A DNA stretch of 63,994 bases, the filler included, from Jimgerdemannia flammicorona (lineage: Eukaryota), in NCBI GenBank assembly GCA_003990765.1. It is 3 parts of 3 records of this genome, joined end to end, with 100 filler letters (N's around TTAATTAATTAA, not from the genome) between each part and the next. Parts side by side here need not be neighbours in the genome. Positions count along the whole stretch, not along the records: positions 43,146 to 63,994 come from RBNJ01001579.1; 2 more parts are not named here. One strand, 5' to 3'. The notes beneath the pieces are model-generated. The model was not told the DNA's origin. It worked only from the letters and a program-made list of their open reading frames with translations, and did not search any database. This document shows, one piece after another, positions 55,036-63,994 of the stretch; positions within the stretch are counted from its first letter, which is position 1, and each line of letters begins with the position of its first letter. A program made the position numbers and the translations under genes.

Positions 55036-57939
55036 TATAAATATCTAGAGATTGTATATAATATTGATATCTCTATTCTAGACTATTGTACAGTTTTATA
55101 GCTAAATATAGTATACAAAATATTATCATTATTATAGATATACTCTAGTATTATATTTTTACAATAAGAGTATATATATTTATAATAATTAAAACTCAAA
55201 TATATTAATAAATATAAAATAGTAGAGATGATTATTATACTATAGTTATAATGGTTCTAGTTTCTTTAAGAGAAAGTGGCTTAATATAGAAGTTTTAGTT
55301 AGCCTAAAGTAGCTCAAAGAGATACTTAAAGATTTAAGTGTTCTTAAAGAATTTCTGAGAGAAAATATTCTGAGCTTTATTTAGGTAGAGAATAAGGATA
55401 TTTATATATGATCTAAAAGAGAGATTCAAAAGGATCTTGAAAAGAAAGAAAAATGCCAAGAAATAGGTTTTCAGCAAAGTTGACTAATACTATTTTACAA
55501 TGTTCTAAAAGATTTTATAACTAGCTAAGATAAGATACTTGGCACTAAGGAAAGGTAAGAATATTCTAGTAGTATCTGGGTGCCAAGAGAAGGTTTCTAA
55601 GCAAGTAGAAGGTGGTGGAACATAGTAGAATATTTAAGAAATAATAAGAAAAGACTAACTAAAAGATGTGAAAATATACTAAGACTAAATATAACTGTAA
55701 AATTATTACATCTCTCTCTCCTTAAGAATCAATATTCTCATTAAGTTCTCAGATAACATAAGACTAGATATACTTAACCAAAATTTCTCAGTATATTGGT
55801 GGGGATTGGTCATCCTCATACGTATAAGGCAGAGGGTCTATTATCAGACTAACTAACTAAGAGAGATTCAAATCTAGCTAGTAGCTTCATTTTAGTAGAC
55901 TTTTTATTTATTAAATATTCTACTAGTTCTGAGGTCCCAAAGTAAACTTCCAATGTATAAGACACTGGTCATTACTATAGGTCATTGACAATCCAAGAAA
56001 GTTACTATAGAGATTAGACAATATGTTTTATCTCAAAGTCTTGAGAGTTCTTGAGGTTGATCAGTAGTTCCCAGATAGTATCATATTCAGAGTAGCCCAT
56101 CTACTTGACTAGGTATTCAGAATAGTAATAGTAGATTCATTTGTCAAGAATTTTCTCAGCTTCATACTCAATATGATCTTCAATAATCATAGGGGTAGAC
56201 AGCTTAGGAATTTAACCAGGGTAGAGTAGTGACTGGTTCCAGATCTTGAGGTATAATATATGAAAGACTGGATGTACTCTCATAGTTTCAGGTAGCTTGA
56301 GGTAGTAGGAGGATGTAGAGACTTGTTCAGTGATCTTGAAAGGTCCAATATATTTGGGTTGAAACTTGTTCAAAGGATAGTTAACTTGAGATTATATTTT
56401 GAGGTTCTTGGTAGACAGTAGGACTTAATCTCAAATAGTATAAGTGACATTGTGGTGTTTCTTGTTAGCATACTTGGCTTGATACTGTTGAGCCTTCTGA
56501 AGATTTATAGTGATAATCTTGAGTAGTTTGTCCATTTTTTCTATAAGGCTCTTAGTAGTAGAGACTTGTATTTAACTACTTTTCTTGAAAGAGAATAGAC
56601 TTATAGGGGTCTCAAGATCTTGACCATAGAGTAACTGGAAAGAAAAAAGACCAGTAGATGATTGGATAGCATTATTATATACAAACTCTATATAAGTCAG
56701 ATAGTGGTCCCAATCATCTTACTTATAAGAAATATAGTTTCTAAGCATTTGTTCTAGAGTTTTGTTCATGTGCTCAGTTTGTCCATCAGTTTGTGGGTAA
56801 AAGGTAATAGATAGCCAATTGGGTTCTTAGGGTCTTGAAGAGAGTTTGTCAGAAGTAACTGGTAAACTTGGGGTCATGATCACTAACAATTACTCACAGT
56901 AGGCCATAGTAATAGAAGATAGACTTGAAGAAGATTCTTGCAATCTTAGATATAGTAGCATTAGTAGTAATTGATTCAACAATCATAGTCTTGATCAGGT
57001 GATCAATAAATATGATAATAGTATCAGTACCAGATTGAGTTCATGGTAGTTGAGTTATAAAGTATATAGTAACTTGCTCAAATTTCTTGGTGAGAATTGG
57101 CAGTAGTTATAGCAAACTGACAGGTGCTTGATTGGTAGACTTATTGTGCTGGTATAGATTATAGCTAGTAATATAATTCTTAATTTCCTTGACCATACTT
57201 GGCTAATAGTAGTAGTATTGGATATTCTTGATAGTTTTTTCAATTTCCAGATATGTAACTAGTGAGAGAAGAGTCATGGTATTCTTGCAAAATCTTATAG
57301 TATAGATTTATGTTTTCAGATAGATAGACTTAGTCTTGATGATAGATCAGGTTATTCTTGACAGTATATATATCCTTGAGCTCATTCAAGAAAACTCTAG
57401 TGGTAATTGTATCTTCTTTGTAAGCTTGTTTGATTTGGTCTAAAAATTCTGATGCTAAGGTGATTTATATGATTGTGGTAAGATCAGGATATCTTAATAA
57501 GACATCTGGTACTACAAGTGTCTTACCAGACTTATAGATGATCATTAGGTTAAAGATTTGAAGCTTGAGGCTCTACTTGGCTTATAGATATAACAGAGTA
57601 GGTTGAGTGTTGATATATTTGAGAAATTGATGATCAGTAATGACATCAAACTCAATACCTTCTAGATAGTATTACTAGTGATCTAGTCCATATATTATTA
57701 TCAGTAGTTCCTTCTCATGAGTGGCTAGCTTTTGTTTAACCAGGGCTAACTTGTAAGACTCAAAAGCAATAAGACAGTGTCCTTTGCCATCATCTTGTAA
57801 CAGAACTGCTCCAATGGCAAAATTCAACATATCAGTGGTAACTATGAATTTTAGACCTTGATCTGCATTATATAGGACTGAAGCATAGGTCAGGTAGTTC
57901 TTGAGTTCTTGAAAGACTTGTTGATAAAAGAGGTCTCAG

Positions 57940-58046
57940 ACCCCCTAGGGGAATTGGATAGGAGTGGGCACTGTGTATTATATAGAGGATAGAAGAATAT
58001 ATAGGATTAATAAAGAAATGAGTCTAAGAGATTATAAAAAAAAAAA
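57940..58046 (+). mobile_element. 5'-truncated LINE insertion with poly(A) tail and TSD
   Basis: LINE 3' end with AATAAA and poly(A); flanked by AAAAGAGGTC(T/C)CAG at 57926-57939 and 58043-58056. Confidence 0.85.
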
Positions 58047-58238
58047 GAGGTCCCAGGTGTAGGATACATAGTGGTCTGAGTGTGGGGCTTTCCTCATAAG
58101 GTTAGTTAGTGGCTTGGTAATGCCAGAGAAGTTTCTGACAAAGTAGTAATAGTAGCCAGCTAGACCAAGGAAGAATCAGAGTTCTGTAAGGTTTAATAGA
58201 ATGGGCCATTCTTTAATTACTTCTATCTTGTATGGGTC

Positions 58239-58622
58239 TAGTGCTCCCAACGAATCGAATTGAATTGAATTTGGCCCAAACTCGATTTGATTCAATCAAA
58301 TCAAGGGTCCAATTCAATTTGATTTGAACCTTAATTTTCAAAATATAATAACTTGACAAAAACTCATCCAAATTTAACCTATTTTAGCTTGTTAGATTCA
58401 CCGTATTAATGTGATTCTAACAAGCTAAAGTACATTAGATTTGGATGAGTTTACGCTGAGTTATTGCATTTTGAAAATTAGGGTTCAAATTAGACCCTCA
58501 ATTCGATTTGACTTTTGATTTGATTTGAATTGATTCAAATTGAAAAATCCCCAATTCAATTCAACTCATTTAACTCTCAATTCAATTCAATTCGAATTGA
58601 TTCGACTCATTTGGGAGCACTA
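58239..58622. mobile_element. Non-autonomous hAT-type element (MITE)
   Basis: Perfect 12-bp TIR TAGTGCTCCCAA / TTGGGAGCACTA; perfect 8-bp TSD TATGGGTC; subterminal TYGAA/TTCRA pentamer arrays. Confidence 0.93.
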
Positions 58623-59909
58623 TATGGGTCTACTTGAATTCCTTGTATAGAGACAATGTGGCCAAGATATTTGACTTGTTTCTTGAAGAATTCACACTTC
58701 TTGAGCTTAGCATAAAGCTTGTATTTTTACAAAATCTCCAGGACTATTCAAATATATTTGAGGTATTCTTCTTTAGTTGTATTAAAGATCAGGATATCAT
58801 CAAGATATATCAACAGAAAAATAAATAGTTGGTCTTTGAATATCTTATTCATCAGAGTCTGGAATATAGCAGGTATATTGGTGAGACTAAATACTAAGAC
58901 CAAGAATTCATAGAGTCCATAAGTGGTCATGAATGTAGTCTTGGAAATATCTTCTAACTTGATTCAAATCTAGTAGTATCCTAATATGAGGTCCAACTTG
59001 GTAAAGTACTTGGTATTCTTGAGAATATTAAATATTTAATCAATCAAAGGTAACAGATAGTAGTTCTTAACAGTAAGCTTGTTGAGTGTATAATAGTCTA
59101 TATATATTTATAGAGTATCATTCTTCTTTTTGACAAATAAGACTGGTGAGCTATAAGGAGATTTGCTTAGCTGAATGGCTCCTCATATAAGTAGTTCTTT
59201 TAGTTCCTTTTTAACTGCTTCAATTTCAAGTGGTAACATATAATATATATATTTCTTAGATAGTACAGCTCCTGAGATTAGTTTAATTTCATGATCAACT
59301 TTCCATATAGGCAGTAGGTCAGGTAGTTTGTCTGAAAAGACATCCTTGAATTCTTCTAGCAGTAACTTAATACTTTTATTGACTGATAGTCTCTTGTCTT
59401 ATTTCTTAGGATGGACTATTATAATAAAGGCATGCATTGCCTTCTTAAGTGCTCTCTTATACTATATAGCTGACAGTATTGCAATCTGGGTCTTACTTGT
59501 GGTCTTGTCTATCTTGATAGTAATGTTGGCTCTATCTTGAAGTAAGGTAACTTTATTCTTGCACCAATCAATGTCTGGGTTGTATTTTATAAGCCAGAGT
59601 TTTCTTAAGATTAGGTTATAATCTCCTATTAGTACAACCTCAAAGTCTACTTATTCCTAATATTTCTGAATCTTAATGAGTAGTTTGGTGGCAATTGACT
59701 TGATAGAGTACAGAGTACCATCTGCAGTAACTATATTATTATTCTTGAGTATAGGCTAGATAAGGATCTTGAGGCTTTTAATGAGGTTCTGATTGATGAA
59801 GATTTCTATAGCTCTACTGTCTATGAGTACTTAAACTTCTTTTTCTTTGACTAAGCTTTTAAAAATGAGCATAGCTTAAGCTCAGTTTTTAGTAAGACTT
59901 ACTGCTTGA

Positions 59910-60320
59910 TTGGTACTACTAAAATCTTTTTGGTCCCATTTGGTTTCAGGGAGTTCTTGGACTTCTGTAATCTTGAGTTGACTGGTTTTTTCTAGGATCA
60001 TTTACACAACTTGGTCTCCTTTCTTGACTGTATAGTCTTGATTCTTCTGGTTAATAAGCAGAACTTGGACTTGTCCTTGAAAGTCTAAGTCAATGACACC
60101 AACATCTATATCTAAATGATGTTTGACACTGAGTCCTGATTATAGTGCAATTCTGATATAATATCCTTCAGAACATTGAACTGCAACTTCAGTAGATATC
60201 AGAGTTCAGCTCTTAGCTAGAATGGTAACTTGTTTGATAGAGTATAGGTCAAGACCAATGACTCCTTCTATTTGATATTGAGGGACCTGGGTTTTTGGAT
60301 GAAGTTTCTTGATCTTGAGC
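59910..60320 (-). pseudogene. dUTPase domain of the chromovirus (between gag and protease)
   Basis: 'KLHPKTQVP...GLDLYS...*SGLSVKHH...GVIDLDFQGQVQVLLIN...KKGDQV'; the protease 'VLIDS' follows at about 59830. Confidence 0.85.
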
Positions 60321-61158
60321 TCAGATTGACTGATAGTGAGATTGATAGATATGTCCTTAGACAATATGGTAACTGGTCTTAAGGGTTCACTAGTCTTCTT
60401 AGGATATTTGGTTACAATATATTCTATTTGGTAATAGAAGAAATAGGCTTCAGATTTCTTCAGATAGTCCTTTTCTTCAGAAGTGAGCTTAGTATTCTTT
60501 TTGTTTATAGTATCTAAGTCTATTGATACTGGACCAACTATTCTTGGTTAGTTCTTATAGTGGTTCTCGAAGTGGTTCTTCTTATAGTATTCTGGTTTGA
60601 AGTAGTTATCAAAGATGATGACATCAAACCTATCAGTGATTCTCATGACTTCATCAAGGTTTTTGAGCTCTTCTAGCTCAACTTTGACTTATGTATTTCT
60701 CTTCAGATTTTGGATATAGTGGTCTATCTTTTCATCCTCAGATATTGCTGATAGCTTGAGTAAGATTAATAAGAATTGTATATTATAGCTTTATACAGAC
60801 TTGAGTTGCTTGATGTTTACTAACTTGTCTCTGGCTAGCTTGATAGCATTAGCAGGCTTGAACTGTCTATAAAGGGCTCTCTTGAAAGCTTCTCAGTCTC
60901 TAATTCATGTATATGAGTATTGTAACAGTGACCCCAGAATGATGACATCAGCACAGGAGACAGCCTTTCTTTACAAGCCACCAGATCAGAGTACAAGAAG
61001 ATTATACAGCATATGAGATGAGCAATGATGACCAACTGTGAGTCATTGTGACCACAGCACAAGTATCCTGAAGAATATAAAAGAAGGATCAAGGAACTGC
61101 AGTAGCAGCAACAAGAACCACCAATCCCAAAATAGCTCAAAGACTTACCACAAACAAA

Positions 61159-61986
61159 ATGCCTGCTGCCTGCCAAACCTCAAGGTCAAGGAATCATCAA
61201 GGTATCTTGGTTGAGGAAAGAATGTTCCAAGACATCAGAAGAGCCATGAGGACCCACTCAAGAAGGACTCCTAGCATCAACCTGGGTACTGCAGACTCTT
61301 ATCACTTTATCCTCTATCACCATGAAATGGAAACAAGAATCACCATTGCCACCGAATGCCTCCAAATGTGGCAGGAGTATGAAATAGGAAACCTCCTCTG
61401 CCAGGAGTTCCCACAGACCAGCCCTCAAGAGCTACAAGATACCACCCCCATGGACCTACGTGAGGCAAGAACAGCAAAGAAGATCCATCAGATCTTCAGG
61501 CATGCACCATGGTCAATCCCCAACTTGGAGTATGTTAGAGTCTCAGACTTCAGAGACCTGTCATCCTGCTGTATCAATGCACTAGAAGCCAGGGTAGCTA
61601 CAGAAGCCCAGTCCACCATCACCCTCAACAGCAAAGAAGTAGAAGACTTCTGGCACCCTATCCTTCAGGACAACCCAGACCAATTCCTGCAAGGATTGAT
61701 CTCAGTATTCCAAGGCCCAAGCATCCGGGTTAGATCTCCCCAAGACCCCACATTTGTCTCCTATTTTGTGGAAGAGAACCTCATAGACTGGAGAGCTCCA
61801 GACCTTGTTCCCGATTTCCCCGCCACAGCTGAACATGATGACGTCATCGATGACGTCATCTCGCATGACATACCCGAAGTACGTGAAACACGCGACCTAT
61901 ATGACGAATTCGCGGACCTCATCTCCTTCAGTGATGATGATGATGATGATGATGAAGCTCCCATGATCCTAAACTTTCTGCTCTAA
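61159..61986 (+). CDS. LTR-encoded protein of unknown function with acidic C-terminus
   Basis: Open 275-aa frame inside otherwise stop-ridden TE DNA; protein-level similarity to 14049-14760 despite diverged DNA. Confidence 0.75.
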   Translation: MPAACQTSRSRNHQGILVEERMFQDIRRAMRTHSRRTPSINLGTADSYHFILYHHEMETRITIATECLQMWQEYEIGNLLCQEFPQTSPQELQDTTPMDLREARTAKKIHQIFRHAPWSIPNLEYVRVSDFRDLSSCCINALEARVATEAQSTITLNSKEVEDFWHPILQDNPDQFLQGLISVFQGPSIRVRSPQDPTFVSYFVEENLIDWRAPDLVPDFPATAEHDDVIDDVISHDIPEVRETRDLYDEFADLISFSDDDDDDDEAPMILNFLL

Positions 61987-62005
61987 AGTTCTTTGTTACA
62001 CTAGA

Positions 62006-62126
62006 TAATGCCAGCACTGGTATTCTCATGTAACACTGGATAATACCAGCACCAGTATTCTGAGGTGACGCAAAATTATTCCAGCACTGGTATTTTGATG
62101 TGGTACTAAATAATGCCAGCCCTGGA
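62006..62126 (+). repeat. Four 35-bp tandem units with palindromic core, upstream of the LTR TATA box
   Basis: CCAGC at 62011, 62046, 62081 and 62116; core AATGCCAG-CA-CTGGTATT. Confidence 0.8.
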
Positions 62127-62650
62127 ACTTAGTAGTTTTAGTTATTGGAATTTATATTTAGCTTTATATCTTAGCAACCATTGAATTATATTTTATATAA
62201 ATACTTCTCTTATTTCCTCTAAAATAAAGTCAATCTTTCTCAGTGCAATACATACACTTCCTTGCAAGCAATCTAAGAGATAACAAGATAGTTATAGATA
62301 AGAAGTTTGAGGACTATAAGACCTTGGGAAGGCACTCCAATAAGAACTTGCTTATAACAAACTTGAGTTAGTCTAAGAGATACACCTTGAAGAGAATCTG
62401 GCGTATTTAAAGGACTCAGCGACCACTATGTGACAGTATATAGATATAGTCATAATATAATTATACTACCAGATAGCTATATTTCCTCAGAGAAGTATAG
62501 TGGCAAATTGGACTTGCATGTCTTCTTCCATTCTTATGAGTTTGAAGTATTAGTCCAACTAGAAGGTTCATACATCTGTAGATAGTCTTTCTGATAACTA
62601 TCAAAGGTATTGCAGGTAGTGATGGTGAATGACAAAGTAGTCTTTCATTA

Positions 62651-62783
62651 AGAGAGAGTAGGGGAGAGAGCCTAGAAAGATCAGGTAGGGGTGGGCACAG
62701 TATATTATATAGAGGATAGATAGTATATTAATAAAGAAAGGAGTCTAAGTAACTATAAAAAAAAAAAAAAAAAAAAAAAAAAA
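62651..62783 (+). mobile_element. Short LINE 3' fragment with poly(A)
   Basis: AATAAAGAAAGGAGTCTAAGTAACTA + poly(A), sharing the GGAGTCTAAGTAACTA terminus of the long LINE; no clear TSD. Confidence 0.8.
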
Positions 62784-63584
62784 CTATTAAAGATATCTAA
62801 CTTGAGTAGCTTGAAACTAATTAGTACTATAGTAGAATATAATATACTCACAGTTCTTATTTTCTGCTATTCTAGTTGTACTTGAAGTTCTTGGATTTGA
62901 TGGGTTATAGTAGTGATTATATCTTCTATACCAACTTATAGTCTTTTTGCTTCTTCTGTAGCAGAGGGATCTGACTGGTAGGCTGACTCTTTATGGCTCA
63001 TTTTAGATTTGTATAACTAGTTGTAACTGTTTTTTGAATTTATGTGAGGTTTCTTAATAAGACAAGGTATAATGATACCACTGCTATCAAGTATATATAA
63101 TAGTTCTAGTTAGCCTAAAGTAACTTGAAGAGATACATAAAGGTTCAAGTATTCTCAAAGAATTTCTGGGAGAAAATATTCTGAGCTTTATTCAAGTAGA
63201 GAACAAGGATATTTATATATAATCTGAAAGAGAGATCCAGAAGGATCTTGGAAAGAAAGAGAAATACCAAGAAATAAGTTTTCAGTAAAGCTGACTAATA
63301 CTGTTCTATAATATTCTAAAAGGTTCTATATATGATTAGCTAAAATAAGATACTTGGCACTAAGGAAAGGTAAGAATGTTTTAGTGATATCTGAGTACTA
63401 AGAAAAGGTTTCTAAACAAGTAGAAGATAGCAGAACATAGTAGAATATTCAAGAAATAATAAGAAAAACAAGACTAAATATGACTGTAAAATTATTATAA
63501 TAGTATATATAATAATATATATATAAGATATCTACTATCTTATCTCTTATTATTAGTAAGAATGATATATGTATTACTAAAGTC

Positions 63585-63900
63585 TAGTATTTTGAATAAG
63601 CTGATTTAGATTAGATTTAAATTAGATTCAAGTTGATCTAGATCAGCTTAGATAGAAAATAAGCTAATCTGGATTAATTTAAATTAAACATTGTTTTAAT
63701 TTTCAAAATTAGATAATTAAATATTTACATCAATAACTTGATGTATAATTATCTAATTTTAATAATCATAATATTATTTGAAAGCTCTTAATAAGATCTT
63801 TCTAATAATATCAAAAATATTAAAATTAGATTATATATTATTAAGCTATTAAGAAAAATATTCTTTTGAAAAAATTACTAAAATCAATGAGTCAGATATT
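63585..63900. repeat. Possible old relative of the hAT MITE
   Basis: Pentamer-like ATTAG/ATTTA arrays and shared TTAATTTTCAAAAT; too decayed for TIR or TSD. Confidence 0.3.
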
Positions 63901-63994
63901 TTTCTTGATAACTTGGCAATATATAATCTAATTTTAATGTTCTTGATATCATTTTTTTTTTTTTTTTTCTTTTTTTTCTTATAGTCTCTTAGAC

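Larger units (their letters stand above)
60921..62435 (+). mobile_element. 1515-bp solo LTR inserted in the chromovirus gag, containing a long ORF
   Basis: TGTAACA...TGTGACA termini; 4-bp TSD GTAT (60917-60920, 62436-62439); TATATAAATA near 62194; AATAAA 62223-62228. Confidence 0.88.
55247..63499 (-). mobile_element. Full-length decayed chromovirus (Ty3/Gypsy): gag-dUTPase-PR-RT-RH-IN-chromodomain
   Basis: LTRs 55247-55710 and 63096-63499 with 5-bp TSD ATAGT; PPT AAGGAGAGAGAGA; RT 'IYLDD'; IN 'PQTDGQTE'; chromodomain 'EYEAEKILDK...EYLVK*MGY..YDTIWE...L' (about 56045-56175). Confidence 0.93.

Noticed and set aside
61159..61986. Calling the LTR ORF an env gene
   Set aside because: No signal peptide, fusion peptide or transmembrane anchor is visible.

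Overview
Eukaryotic, intron-containing DNA, most likely from an early-diverging fungus (Mucoromycota-like; this is an inference from gene structure and element content). The window is three separate contigs joined by 100-bp N spacers containing TTAATTAATTAA (21476-21575, 43046-43145), so adjacency across those joins means nothing. CpG-normal gene islands hold a TRP-type ion channel, a PEX11-like pseudogene, RPL19, RPS18, XPB/SSL2 and a tandem-MARVEL-like + RING membrane protein. They alternate abruptly with CpG-depleted, transition-riddled transposon blocks: a MULE, L1-clade LINEs, nested Copia relics, several Ty3/Gypsy elements (two with dUTPase), solo LTRs and a hAT MITE. The most interesting signal is an unrecognised accessory protein family carried by Gypsy elements, seen three times. 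One copy is an intact 275-aa ORF inside the U3 part of a 1.5-kb solo LTR (60921-62435). A second is decayed inside another LTR-like unit (about 14049-14760). A third is decayed between integrase and the 3' LTR of a related element (about 10840-11160), the env-like position. All alignments were made by eye, and boundaries of the most decayed elements are approximate.
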